A stretch of 64,000 nt of DNA from Candidatus Merdicola faecigallinarum (GTDB taxonomy: Bacteria; Bacillota; Clostridia; TANB77; CAG-508): positions 4,563 through 68,562 of the forward strand of contig DVNH01000010.1 in assembly GCA_018714565.1 (NCBI GenBank), in the 5' to 3' direction. How positions within the stretch are numbered: the stretch's first letter is position 1; every line of letters begins with the position of its first letter. A program made the translations under genes and the position numbers. Below the pieces are notes generated by a model, which searched no databases, was not told the DNA's origin, and worked only from the letters and a program-made list of their open reading frames with translations. Below, one piece after another: positions 46,051 to 56,715 of this stretch.

Positions 46051-49000
46051 TTATAATATAGCTTCTATTTCATAAATTTTTCCATCATCCATTAACTTTA
46101 CTTGCGTTTCTTCTCTTTCCATTCCATTTATTCTTAGTCTGGCAATTCCCGTATTTTTCTTTTCCGGATTTTTTATAGTAATTTTATACTTTGTTTTCCC
46201 ATATTGGTATGAAATTTTGTACTCCTCCCATTCCTTCGGAATACATGGTTCTATTCTTAAAAATCCATTTTTTACTTTTAATCCTAAAATATATTCTATC
46301 CCTGCCAAATAAAGCCAACTACTTGAACCGGTATACCATGTCCAACCTCCACGACCAGCTAAATTTTGAGCTCCATATACATCCGCTGCAACTACATACG
46401 GCTCTACTTTATATTTCTGTGCCGCTTCTTTCGTTCTTGCATGTTCAATTGGATTAATCATTTTAAAGAATTCAAATGCTTTTTCTCCAAATCCTAGCAT
46501 GGCTTCTGCAATAATTGCCCAAATTGCTCCATGGGTATATTGTCCTCCATTTTCTCTTACCCCTGGCAGATAAGACTTTATATATCCTGGTTTTAGTTTT
46601 CCTTTATCAAATGGTGGATCTAATAGTTTTATAATTCCGTTTTCTTTATCTACTAAATGATTTTCTAAACTTTCCATAGAAATATATTTTTTATCATTAT
46701 CTCCTGCTCCGGAAATAACGGACCAACTTTGAGCAATACTATCAATTCTACATTCTTCGTTTTCTATACTACCTAAAATTTGTCCATCATCCATAAATGC
46801 CCTTTTAAACCATCTTCCATCCCAAGCATTTTTGTTTAAAGCTTTTTTCAAGTTTTGAATAATTTCCTCATAGGTATTTGCTCTTTCTTCTTCCCCTTTT
46901 TCCTTTATGATTGGGATAAAATCTTTTAGTATTTTATATAAGAAAAATCCAAGCCATACACTTTCTCCTTTTCCTTTTGGTCCTACATTGCTTAAACCAT
47001 CATTCCAATCTCCAGATCCAATTTTAGGAAGTCCATTCTCTCCAAATTTCAAAGATCTTTCAATTGCTTTGATACAATGCTCATAAATGTTTCCTTTCTG
47101 GTCTGTTTCTAAAAATAAATCATATTTTTCAATTTGATTTTCTTCCAGTAAGTTACCTTTCAAATAGTTGGTTTCAATTTCTAAAATTTGCTTATCTCCT
47201 GTTGTTTTAATATATTCTTCTACCAAATATACTAACCATAGTAAATCATCTGAAAATTTAGTACGTATTCCTCTTTTGGTTTCTGGATGCCACCAATGTT
47301 CTACATCTCCTTCTATAAATTGATGTTTACTTTGCTCTATAATCTGCTCTTTCATAAACGTTGGATCCATATATTTTAGTCCTAAAGTATCTTGCAGTTG
47401 ATCTCGGTAGCCAATTGCTCCTCCAGATTGATAGTATCCTGTTCTTCCATATAATCTTGATACAATGATTTGATAAATAAGCCATCCATTTAATAATATA
47501 TGAAATGATTCTAATGGTGTTTCTACCTGTACTCGACTTATTCTATCCTGCCAATATTTTTTCACATTTAAAAGTTCTTGCTTACAATTTGACAAGTTCG
47601 AATATTGATAAGCAATATTTTTCATATCTAATAAGTTTTCCTCTTCTCCTAAACAAATTGAAAATTCTTTTCTTTCATATGGTTCTAATTCCATTTCAAA
47701 TTCAATTGCAATACAAGAATCTTGCCCTAATCCGTCTTCACAATCCAAAGACACTTTATGAATTCCTACAGGATTTTGCAAACCCGAATTTCCTAGAAAG
47801 AATTTCTTATTTCCTGTATAAGAATGAATTTCTTCACTACATGTAATATAAACTTTCCTTTGTTTTGGATCATCTGTATATAAGTTTTGTGCGTAAACAA
47901 TATTATTTTCTTTTTTTACCTGTATATTTCCATTGGTTTTTAATTCATCTTCTCCTAGCACAGCCTTCACATAATAGAATATTTTCAGTTTTTTCTTCTT
48001 AGGAAGCGTATTTTTTAAAGTAACCTTATTTATTTTTATCTTTTCTTCTCTAGGAACAAAAATTTCTGCTTGTTGTATGATTCCTAAAGAAGTATGCTCA
48101 TATTTGGCATACCCAAAACCATAAGTAATATAATAATCACTTTTATCTGGCATTGGTCTACTTCCTAAAGACCATGCTTTTCCATTTTCTAAATCTTTTA
48201 AATAAATAATTTCAGATGGTATGTCAAAACATGGATTATTGTTCCAGGCAGAAATTCGATTTAGTCTACTATTATCAGACCAAGTATATCCTCCCATTCC
48301 TTCTGTTAATACCGTTCCGAAATGTTTATTTGCAAGAATATGACTCCATACAGTTGGAAGTTTAGAATCCTCATTTACTTTTATTACATATTCTTTTCCC
48401 TCATTAAAAAAAGCACCATATTCATTATAATATTGGATTGGTTTACTAGTTTGAATTTGGTCAAGTTCATTTCCTCTTATCATTTCTTCTTCTAAAACAA
48501 TCTGTTTTGCTTCAATATTTCCTATATTTTTTATACTATTTTTGTAGTTTTCTTGCATTTGTTCTAATTGAGATTTTAAATTTCCCCAATGTGCATCTAT
48601 TTTTAAATTGCTCCTATATTCTAATATTTCTTTATCTTCTTTACTTAATTCATATTCATTTAGTACAAAAATTCCTGCTTTTCTATTTTTTAAATAAGAT
48701 AAATGCCTATTTAAAATTGCATTTTCGATTGCTTCTTTTACATATTGCTCATAACTATATTTTTCTTGATTTAAAATTACAAGTTCAATCTCTATATTTT
48801 TAATTTTTAAATACTCATAAATTTTTAGTAATTCTTCTATCACATAAATATCATTTGCATCCCTTATTTTCACTAACAAAATTGGATCATCTCCGGAAAT
48901 TCCAAATTTCCATAGTTCCTCTTGCTTATATTTTCTTTTTGCATAAGAAGAGATATATAATTTTTTCATTGGATTTTGTTTGATTAAATAAGAAAGAATT

Positions 49001-52000
49001 TCTTGCGATGCTTCTATTTCTTTTCCACTTAATTCTAAATATCTTGCCTCTTCAATACTTTTGGCTTTTACTAATTCAAATGTCTTTTTGATTTTTTCTT
49101 CACTACTATATTTTTGGATTAATGGAATAATTTCTTCTTCCTTATTCCCCGCTACTAAAATAAGTTGAAAAGAAATTTTATCATTTGGTTTAATTCTTAC
49201 TGTTCTTTTCATTGCAACTGCAGGTTCTGTTACTAATCCCATACTTTTTGAAAAAGTATTCGAATGTTCTACTTTTTGTGGTAGTCCTAAATTACTTCTT
49301 CCATAAAATTTTTCTCGATCAATTTCATATTCCAATTCTCCAATTGTTTCATTTTCTGTATATAAATTTACTCCTAAAAATAGATTCTCTCCACTTTCTT
49401 CTCTTGGCCTTCTTTCTATAATGATACTATTTGTCTCTTCCTCTCGATGGTAACGTAAAAATAAATTATTAAAAGCCATATGAGAAACATCTTGTGCTTG
49501 TGTAGACAAAACTGGTTCAAAATATCCTGTTATTTCTAATAAAGCTTCATTGTTTCCATGATTCTCTATTTCTAAATTCCTAATTTCAACTGGTTCGTTT
49601 GAAGCAACTGTAATTTTCGTTCTTGTTTCGAGATCTCCGTCCATTCGATCAATTTTAATTGAATCTGATGAAAAATATACTTTATATTGATCCGGTTTCG
49701 GAAGATAACTCATATGGTTAGAAGTCCAAATTCGTTTGGATTGAACATCTTTAATATAAAAGAAAATACCTTGATCTAAATCTGCGGTTTCTTTATAACG
49801 ATTAATATAATAATTCTTATATTTACTATAGCTTTCTCCTTTTTGATTGCAAACAATAGTATAATTTTCATTTGCAATGACACAGGATTGATCTGAATGT
49901 TCATCAATTTTTGTGTATACCTTTTCAAAATAACTTTGTGAATCTTTGTAAATCAATTTTTCTGGTTTCTCCTTCTTTTCTTTTGTAATAATAACATTTT
50001 CTGGCATCCTTTCTTGTAAAAGTATTTCCATAGATCTTATTTCCGGATTTTTCATAAATCTCTTTTGCAAAATATTTTTTTGAAATAAATTATTCAAAGA
50101 TAATAAGATAAGTCCTTGATGATGTGCCATAAATGTTTTTACTACCGCTTTTGTTTCTCCATATTTTAGCCTATTACTTGTATAATCAATTGCTTCATAC
50201 ATACCATATCTTCCCATAATACCTTCTTGCTCTAGTCTTTTTATATTTTCCAATACTTCTTTTGGATAATCGGTAATAGCAAGAACACTTCCATAAGAAG
50301 ATACTACTACTTCATCGGCAAGGCCCCTTTTTAACCCTAGCCATGGAATACCAAATGCTTTATATTGATAATTTCCATTTAAATCTTTTAGATTGAAAGC
50401 AGACTCTGAAATTCCCCACGGAATTTTTAAACTTTCACTATATTGCATCTGGCTCATTACCATAAAATGACAAGATTCATCTAGCAAACTTCCTGGATAT
50501 TTTGGAATATTAATATTCGGCATTAAATATTCAAAGGCTGTTCCAGACCATGAAATTAGTCCTTGATACTTCCCAAGAGTAGTTAATGTTCTACTTAAAT
50601 TATTCCAATGTTTTACTGGTACATCTTTTTTGCTAATTGCAATTAAACTTGCTTGTCTTGCTTCTGATGCTAATAGATCATAATAAGAATCTGTTAATTT
50701 ATTTTCTTCTACATTAAACCCTATTGAGAAAATTCTTTTCTCTTTATGATACAGAACGGAAAAATCCGTTTGTTTAATAAGATGATCTATTTTCTCTATC
50801 ATAAATGAAATTTGTTCTAAATTTTTCTCCTTATGCTCTTCTAGAAATTTTTTTAATACATATAAATATCCAATAAAATTCCCACTATCTACAGTAGAAA
50901 TATATCTTGGAACTAGTGGTTCTAATGTTTTGATTTCATACCAATTATATAAATGTCCATTCCATTTACTCAGACTTTCAATTGTATTTAACATATTTGA
51001 AATAAGCTGGATCGTATCCTCTAAAGTCTCAAATCCTAGATCATAACTGGATACAGCAGCTAAAAGTCCAAGTCCGATATTAGTAGAAGAGGTTCTGTAT
51101 ACCCATTTTTCTTTACGATTTTCCTGATAATTATCCGGTGGTAAATAATTTGTTTTTTCATTTAAATTTTCTTTAAAATAATTCCATGTTTTTTTCCCTA
51201 TTTCTAATAAATAGTTTCTTTCTTCTTCTGTTAACATTTCTATTTTTTCGATTTGCTTTTTTTCCTTACTAATTTTATAAGCAAGATATGGAGAAAGAAT
51301 CCATAATAAACTAAATATTGTTATTACTATTTTTCCTAAAGTAGGAAATGACATAAGTGCAAATAGCAATATAAAAATAGAAAAGAGAATCGAAAACCAC
51401 ATACTTTTGTAATAAGACCATACATCCGTCTTCGCATTTTTTTCTGCTTCTTCTGCAGTTGTCCATTCTAATAGATGTTTTTTGCTAACCGTTTTTCGGT
51501 AAATTGTTTTGACAATAGCATCTAGTGAAACCCAAGCTTTATATGGAAAAAAGGCAAAATTTAAAATCATTCTTGTCCAATCACCATGATATCCATTCAT
51601 CACAGGAGAAAACATTTTTTGTAATTTTTCTCCATCTTTTTTATGAACGACGCGATTTATTATTTCTAAGATCATTGGTATGGTAATTGCTACAAATGAA
51701 ATAAGAAAAAATGGAAAAGTACTGATTGAATCGATAGTTTCTAAAAAGAAAGAAAATAAAAATAATAATACACAACTTATTTCTAACATGCTTCTTCTTA
51801 AATTATCTAAAATCTTATATTTGGATAATAGATTAAGCGGATTCTTTTTTTTGTTTCCATTTTTATCTATTATTTTATTCTTTACCCACTTACTAATTTG
51901 CCAATCTCCTCGAATCCATCTATGAAGCCTACTCATGAAACTATTGTATTTGCAAGGATATCCATCCATTAATAAGATATCTGATGCAAGTCCGCATCTT

Positions 52001-54225
52001 AGATAACAGCCTTCTAGTAAATCATGACTTAGTACCGTATTTTCTGGTATTTCATTTTTTAGCACTTGTTCGAAAACGGAAATATCATAAATACCCTTTC
52101 CTGTAAAAATTCCTTCTCCAAAATTATCTTGGTAAACATCCGAGATGGCATTGGTATATAAATCCGTTCCTCCACTACCTGCAAAAATTTTAGTAAATAA
52201 AGTTTTTCGACTGGTAATAAGGTCAATTCCTACTTTTGGTTGAATAAGAGCATGTCCTTCTACTACTATATTTTTTTCTTTATCCAAAACAGGCTTATTT
52301 AGAATATGAGCCATTGCTCCTACTAACTCAAAAGCAGAATTTAATACTAAATCGGTGTCTGCATCTAAGGTAATTACATATTTTATTTTAGGAATTTCTT
52401 CTCCATAATCTTCTATTGTATTTACGATAAAATCAGAAGGTTCCTTTTCTAAGATATAACGATTAAATTGATTTAACAATCCCCTTTTTCTTTCCCAACC
52501 TAAATACGAGCCTTCTCCTTCATTCCATTTTCTTGTACGATAAAGAAAATGAAATTTAGGAAAGAAACGATCTTCATATTTTTTATTTAATTCTTTGGCT
52601 AGCTCTTTTCCCAAATTTATGATTTCTTCATCTTTTTTTACCGTTTTTTGGTCTTCACTAGTACAATCTCCAAGTAGAGTAAAATATAAATTTTCTGTTT
52701 GATTTGCTAAATAATATACCTCTAATTTTCCAAATAAATCTTGAAGTTTTTCTTTAGAATTAATAATGGTAGGAATTACTACCATAGTTGCATTTTCTTT
52801 TTCGATTCCATTATAAAAGTCCATTTTAGGAATTAGTTTTGGTTTTATTGTCTTATTTAAAATTTGTTGTACAATCTGCAAAATAATTTCTGAAACTGGA
52901 ATGAATGTAAAAAGAAACATCAATATAGCAAAAATTCCATTTGTTTTTTCATAAGTATATATTCCACTAAATAAGCTAATAAAAAAACTAATTATATAAA
53001 TACAAGAAATATACCATTTTACTTTTGTATTTTGTTTTATTATATGTTTTTTTACGCCTAATACTTGATACAGAGTTTCTTTTCCTTCATCGATTAAATA
53101 ATAACCAATATGTGCTTTTTTTTCTTTTCCTGTGTTATTTGGTGAAGTTTCGAATACTTTTTCTTCTCTATCTTCTTTAGCTTTTTCTGCTAAATCTATC
53201 ACTTTCTTTGCGATATACATTTCTGATATTTTACTTTTTTTAGCAGTTTCTTTAATTTGATTTCGATAATATTCTTTTGTTTTATAATCCATAAACTCAT
53301 AAACATTAGCGGGATCTTTTTTTAATATTTCTTCTACTCCATTAATTTTTTCAAAAATTTCTAAAAAATTAATGCGATTCATTTCTTTTAAACTACGAAT
53401 GCTATTTCCCATGCTTACTCTACGAAGAGCAATGTCAAAATGCTCTTTTTGGATTACATCCGATACTGTGGTTCCAATTTTATTTACTTGTTCTTCTAAT
53501 GCATCTAAATACCCATATGCCTTTTTCCCTTCTTTTTTTAGGCGATAAGACATATATTCAATAAATGGATATTTCATTTCTCCAAACCCAAATTTTTGTG
53601 TTTTATAATTTTTATCTAATTTAAATTCTTGGTTTTCTTTTCCCTCAATAATTCTCTCAATGATATTTTCTACTTTATATTTCTGCATTTGACTGGAATA
53701 AATCTTTTCGCAAATTTCTGCAATATTTTCGATTAATGCAATTTGAATAAAAAGTCCTATATTCCATATTTCATCCATGTTTAAATATTTTTTGTTTTGG
53801 TAGGCTTGTAACATATAGGTTAGATTTTCACTATTAATCTGGCTATCCGTATAAGCGCACATCTGAACAGCTAAAAAATAAATTCTTGCTACTCCTTTAT
53901 AAGGTCCATTTTCAAGTCCTAAAAAGTTTTTATATTTTTTTAATGTTAATTCATGTTGCAAACTCTTTACTGTTTCTTCTATTATATAATAATTATCTAA
54001 GATCCACTCTCCTGCCGGATGAATGTGAATTCCTAATTTTAAATGAGTATTTAATAAATAATATACCTTTGTAATAAAATTAAAATTTTCTATCATTCTA
54101 GGAATGGGATAAGATTCTTTATCCGATCTACTTTTTAATACATTATCCGATGCTAATTTTTCTAGGTAATTTTCTAATTGTTGCTTATCTAATGCGGTTC
54201 CTTTTACATTCCATGTTCCAAACAT
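46051..54225 (-). CDS. cyclic beta-1,2-glucan synthase-like protein (Cgs/ChvB/NdvB architecture: N-terminal cytoplasmic region, TM-embedded GT-A glycosyltransferase domain, C-terminal GH94 phosphorylase)
   Basis: 2724-aa intact ORF with TM clusters around residues 380-470 and 800-1000, a GT-A DxD motif (VITLDADTDL) and a C-terminal GH94 cellobiose-phosphorylase-like region (...GIEYILGLKV...). AGGAGA RBS. Confidence 0.75.
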   Translation of the reverse strand: MFGTWNVKGTALDKQQLENYLEKLASDNVLKSRSDKESYPIPRMIENFNFITKVYYLLNTHLKLGIHIHPAGEWILDNYYIIEETVKSLQHELTLKKYKNFLGLENGPYKGVARIYFLAVQMCAYTDSQINSENLTYMLQAYQNKKYLNMDEIWNIGLFIQIALIENIAEICEKIYSSQMQKYKVENIIERIIEGKENQEFKLDKNYKTQKFGFGEMKYPFIEYMSYRLKKEGKKAYGYLDALEEQVNKIGTTVSDVIQKEHFDIALRRVSMGNSIRSLKEMNRINFLEIFEKINGVEEILKKDPANVYEFMDYKTKEYYRNQIKETAKKSKISEMYIAKKVIDLAEKAKEDREEKVFETSPNNTGKEKKAHIGYYLIDEGKETLYQVLGVKKHIIKQNTKVKWYISCIYIISFFISLFSGIYTYEKTNGIFAILMFLFTFIPVSEIILQIVQQILNKTIKPKLIPKMDFYNGIEKENATMVVIPTIINSKEKLQDLFGKLEVYYLANQTENLYFTLLGDCTSEDQKTVKKDEEIINLGKELAKELNKKYEDRFFPKFHFLYRTRKWNEGEGSYLGWERKRGLLNQFNRYILEKEPSDFIVNTIEDYGEEIPKIKYVITLDADTDLVLNSAFELVGAMAHILNKPVLDKEKNIVVEGHALIQPKVGIDLITSRKTLFTKIFAGSGGTDLYTNAISDVYQDNFGEGIFTGKGIYDISVFEQVLKNEIPENTVLSHDLLEGCYLRCGLASDILLMDGYPCKYNSFMSRLHRWIRGDWQISKWVKNKIIDKNGNKKKNPLNLLSKYKILDNLRRSMLEISCVLLFLFSFFLETIDSISTFPFFLISFVAITIPMILEIINRVVHKKDGEKLQKMFSPVMNGYHGDWTRMILNFAFFPYKAWVSLDAIVKTIYRKTVSKKHLLEWTTAEEAEKNAKTDVWSYYKSMWFSILFSIFILLFALMSFPTLGKIVITIFSLLWILSPYLAYKISKEKKQIEKIEMLTEEERNYLLEIGKKTWNYFKENLNEKTNYLPPDNYQENRKEKWVYRTSSTNIGLGLLAAVSSYDLGFETLEDTIQLISNMLNTIESLSKWNGHLYNWYEIKTLEPLVPRYISTVDSGNFIGYLYVLKKFLEEHKEKNLEQISFMIEKIDHLIKQTDFSVLYHKEKRIFSIGFNVEENKLTDSYYDLLASEARQASLIAISKKDVPVKHWNNLSRTLTTLGKYQGLISWSGTAFEYLMPNINIPKYPGSLLDESCHFMVMSQMQYSESLKIPWGISESAFNLKDLNGNYQYKAFGIPWLGLKRGLADEVVVSSYGSVLAITDYPKEVLENIKRLEQEGIMGRYGMYEAIDYTSNRLKYGETKAVVKTFMAHHQGLILLSLNNLFQKNILQKRFMKNPEIRSMEILLQERMPENVIITKEKKEKPEKLIYKDSQSYFEKVYTKIDEHSDQSCVIANENYTIVCNQKGESYSKYKNYYINRYKETADLDQGIFFYIKDVQSKRIWTSNHMSYLPKPDQYKVYFSSDSIKIDRMDGDLETRTKITVASNEPVEIRNLEIENHGNNEALLEITGYFEPVLSTQAQDVSHMAFNNLFLRYHREEETNSIIIERRPREESGENLFLGVNLYTENETIGELEYEIDREKFYGRSNLGLPQKVEHSNTFSKSMGLVTEPAVAMKRTVRIKPNDKISFQLILVAGNKEEEIIPLIQKYSSEEKIKKTFELVKAKSIEEARYLELSGKEIEASQEILSYLIKQNPMKKLYISSYAKRKYKQEELWKFGISGDDPILLVKIRDANDIYVIEELLKIYEYLKIKNIEIELVILNQEKYSYEQYVKEAIENAILNRHLSYLKNRKAGIFVLNEYELSKEDKEILEYRSNLKIDAHWGNLKSQLEQMQENYKNSIKNIGNIEAKQIVLEEEMIRGNELDQIQTSKPIQYYNEYGAFFNEGKEYVIKVNEDSKLPTVWSHILANKHFGTVLTEGMGGYTWSDNSRLNRISAWNNNPCFDIPSEIIYLKDLENGKAWSLGSRPMPDKSDYYITYGFGYAKYEHTSLGIIQQAEIFVPREEKIKINKVTLKNTLPKKKKLKIFYYVKAVLGEDELKTNGNIQVKKENNIVYAQNLYTDDPKQRKVYITCSEEIHSYTGNKKFFLGNSGLQNPVGIHKVSLDCEDGLGQDSCIAIEFEMELEPYERKEFSICLGEEENLLDMKNIAYQYSNLSNCKQELLNVKKYWQDRISRVQVETPLESFHILLNGWLIYQIIVSRLYGRTGYYQSGGAIGYRDQLQDTLGLKYMDPTFMKEQIIEQSKHQFIEGDVEHWWHPETKRGIRTKFSDDLLWLVYLVEEYIKTTGDKQILEIETNYLKGNLLEENQIEKYDLFLETDQKGNIYEHCIKAIERSLKFGENGLPKIGSGDWNDGLSNVGPKGKGESVWLGFFLYKILKDFIPIIKEKGEEERANTYEEIIQNLKKALNKNAWDGRWFKRAFMDDGQILGSIENEECRIDSIAQSWSVISGAGDNDKKYISMESLENHLVDKENGIIKLLDPPFDKGKLKPGYIKSYLPGVRENGGQYTHGAIWAIIAEAMLGFGEKAFEFFKMINPIEHARTKEAAQKYKVEPYVVAADVYGAQNLAGRGGWTWYTGSSSWLYLAGIEYILGLKVKNGFLRIEPCIPKEWEEYKISYQYGKTKYKITIKNPEKKNTGIARLRINGMEREETQVKLMDDGKIYEIEAIL

Positions 54226-54329
54226 TTTATTTTCACTCTCCTAAAAGTTATGTATTTTTCTTTTAGGTTTTCCATGTTTGGTAAAATTTATACGATTTTT
54301 CCTATGCAATTAGAATATATTGATTATTT

Positions 54330-55055
54330 TTATTTTTCATAAAAGTAATCAATAATTCCATTATAAATTCCCCATGCTAATCGATCTTGGTATTCATCTT
54401 CTAATAGCTGTTTTTCTTCTTCTGGGTTAGATAAAAATCCACATTCTACAATGCTTGTTGGTATTTCTACATTTTTTATTATATAGATATTATCTATTTT
54501 CATTGGTACTCTTTTATTTTCTTTTTGAATAGCTTCATTTAAGTTATTTTGTATTGAAGTTGCAAGCTTTTTTCCTTGTTCATTTCCTTCTTTATAAAAG
54601 GTTTGCCATCCCCAATATTGCTGCTGTGGAATTTTATTTAAATGGATCGATACAAAAATATCTGCACTAGATTCATTTCCAATTTTTACTCGGTTACGAA
54701 TATCTGATATTTTCTTTTGTTTTAATGTTGTTTTGTCTACATCATAAATTCCATTTTCATCCGATCTTGTTAATATAACTGTACTCCCACTTTGTTCTAG
54801 CAAATTTTGTACTTTTAATGCAATTTTCAAATTGGTTTCTGCTTCTGTTGTCCCATGGCTTGATTCCGCACCTTCATCTGGTACACCATGTCCTGCATCT
54901 AATATAATGGTTTTATTGCTTACTGGAAGTGCCACTGTTTCTACTACTTCTAATTCTTCCATTCTTTTTGAAGATGGATATAATAAACAAGTAGTAAGTG
55001 CAATCATAATTGTCATACCAATTAATATTAATCGTTTTCGATTTACAATAATCAT
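54330..55055 (-). CDS. cwlD: N-acetylmuramoyl-L-alanine amidase (Amidase_3, CwlD-like)
   Basis: Signal/TM N-terminus, then ILDAGHGVPDEG and VSIHLN zinc-amidase motifs. Confidence 0.75.
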   Translation of the reverse strand: MIIVNRKRLILIGMTIMIALTTCLLYPSSKRMEELEVVETVALPVSNKTIILDAGHGVPDEGAESSHGTTEAETNLKIALKVQNLLEQSGSTVILTRSDENGIYDVDKTTLKQKKISDIRNRVKIGNESSADIFVSIHLNKIPQQQYWGWQTFYKEGNEQGKKLATSIQNNLNEAIQKENKRVPMKIDNIYIIKNVEIPTSIVECGFLSNPEEEKQLLEDEYQDRLAWGIYNGIIDYFYEK

Positions 55056-55156
55056 AATAAAAAACTCCCATACTTTTTTCTTTCAGTTTATGAGAGTTTT
55101 TTTTATTTATTCTTATTTTTATTTATATTCTTACATCAATTATTTTTTAATCTTTT

Positions 55157-55753
55157 CTATTCTCTTTCTTCCTCCTCTTTTCGTTTAAATAAAGTTTTCA
55201 AGAAATCTTTTACTTCTTTTGGAACCATGAATGCATAATATTGTGGCAAAGTTTGGGTATTCTCTTTATTTTCTATTACATATTTTTGTAGATGATCCAG
55301 TCTATCCACTCTATCAAAATCTAATTCTAGAAAATCATCCAATGGTATTTCTACTAGAGCTGGCAAATCATCTGGCTGTATTTTTCTATCATCTGTAATG
55401 TTTAATAAATAAAAATCGGCATGCATACTTAGATCGGAATCTCTTTCAAATGGGTTCATTTCTCCCATTCTAACCTCTTTACTAAAAATAGGATGTTTTG
55501 TAATTTTCATTTTCGTAAAGTCGATTCCTTTCAATTCTTCTGAAATTTCTCTTAAAATTGTTTTTTTAGAACTTTCTCCATCATCCTCTTCTTTTTGCCC
55601 ACCTAACGTTTTAATAATAGCAGCTCTTTTTCCATTTTCTAATTCATACCATCTTTGTGGTTTTTGCATTCCTAGAACAACATTACCATTATGAATTACT
55701 ATGGCCTCTGCCCCTCTTACCTTGTTTAAAGTTTTATCTGCTATCTCCATCAA
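55157..55753 (-). CDS. NUDIX-like hydrolase with divergent Nudix box
   Basis: The segment GGQKEEDDGESSKKTILREISEELKGI approximates GX5EX7REUXEEXGU. The start overlaps the upstream ORF's stop by 4 nt. Confidence 0.45.
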   Translation of the reverse strand: MMEIADKTLNKVRGAEAIVIHNGNVVLGMQKPQRWYELENGKRAAIIKTLGGQKEEDDGESSKKTILREISEELKGIDFTKMKITKHPIFSKEVRMGEMNPFERDSDLSMHADFYLLNITDDRKIQPDDLPALVEIPLDDFLELDFDRVDRLDHLQKYVIENKENTQTLPQYYAFMVPKEVKDFLKTLFKRKEEEERE

Positions 55754-56715
55754 AAACTAGCTCCTTTCCGATCAACTTGTAATGTAGCACATATCTTACA
55801 GTTAATCTTGTTATTTCCCATGCCACTTCCACAGTGAACACATCCACCATTTTCTTCTTGGTTAAATTCATAATTTCTACAATAGATTTTAAAAAGTGCA
55901 TATTCAAATTTATTTTTAAATTGAAATATATTGCTACACCCTTTTTTATATTCTTCTTCTGAAATTTCGTTACCAATGCTTCTTATTGTCTCATATATTC
56001 CGGATCCTGTAAATGCCATTGTTTGTGGTCTTGTAATACAAATTGCTGGCAATTCATCTTCATACGCTTTTCTTAATGGATATTTTGTTTTTATTTCTCC
56101 TTCTTTTTTCATCCTTTCTTCTATTGGTATCGATAAAATTTCCTGTTTTACACTTTCCTCGTGAAAAGGTGCTATATATTGCATATTCACACTGCGTGCG
56201 ATTACATCGGACATAATCACAATTTCCTCTACTCTATCCTTAATTGCCTTATCCAATGATTCATTATCTCCTTTCCACTTTTGAAAAAAAGGAAAGCTTC
56301 CTAATAAATCATCTGCTCCTTCTCCACTAGAAATACTTTTTAGTCCTGCTTCTTTTGCATATCTCGTTCCTAAAAGTAAAGTCGTTGTAGAACTTACCCA
56401 TTCCGGATTAAACGATTTTAATATTTTAACAGATAATTCTACAATTCCTTTTACCTGTTCCGGTTTAACATAAAATACTTTATGATTTTTTATATTTAAC
56501 GCTTTTGCAACCATTTTACTATACTCTATATCTGAACTCTCTTTTCCTTCTACCCCAACGGTAATTCCCATAACATCCGGATTATATTTATGAGCATGAT
56601 ATAAAACTGCCGAACTATCAATTCCTCCAGAAAATAAAACAGCATCTGGTGGATTTTTCTTTATCACATCATCAATTTTATTTTTTATTCCTTCGTACAT
56701 CATTAGGATCAGCAT
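55750..56715 (-). CDS. Asparagine-synthetase-like PP-loop ATP pyrophosphatase (no glutaminase domain) with C-terminal Cys4 zinc ribbon
   Basis: PP-loop AVLFSGGIDSS, AsnB-type SGEGADDLLGSF and a C-terminal CVHCGSG...CKIC. The start overlaps the rSAM gene's stop by 7 nt. Confidence 0.7.
   Translation of the reverse strand: MLILMMYEGIKNKIDDVIKKNPPDAVLFSGGIDSSAVLYHAHKYNPDVMGITVGVEGKESSDIEYSKMVAKALNIKNHKVFYVKPEQVKGIVELSVKILKSFNPEWVSSTTTLLLGTRYAKEAGLKSISSGEGADDLLGSFPFFQKWKGDNESLDKAIKDRVEEIVIMSDVIARSVNMQYIAPFHEESVKQEILSIPIEERMKKEGEIKTKYPLRKAYEDELPAICITRPQTMAFTGSGIYETIRSIGNEISEEEYKKGCSNIFQFKNKFEYALFKIYCRNYEFNQEENGGCVHCGSGMGNNKINCKICATLQVDRKGASF

Noticed and set aside
55734-55976. 80-aa minus-strand ORF overlapping the AsnB-like gene
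   Set aside because: It lies entirely inside the better-supported 55750..56715 ORF in another frame and has no RBS or recognisable motif.
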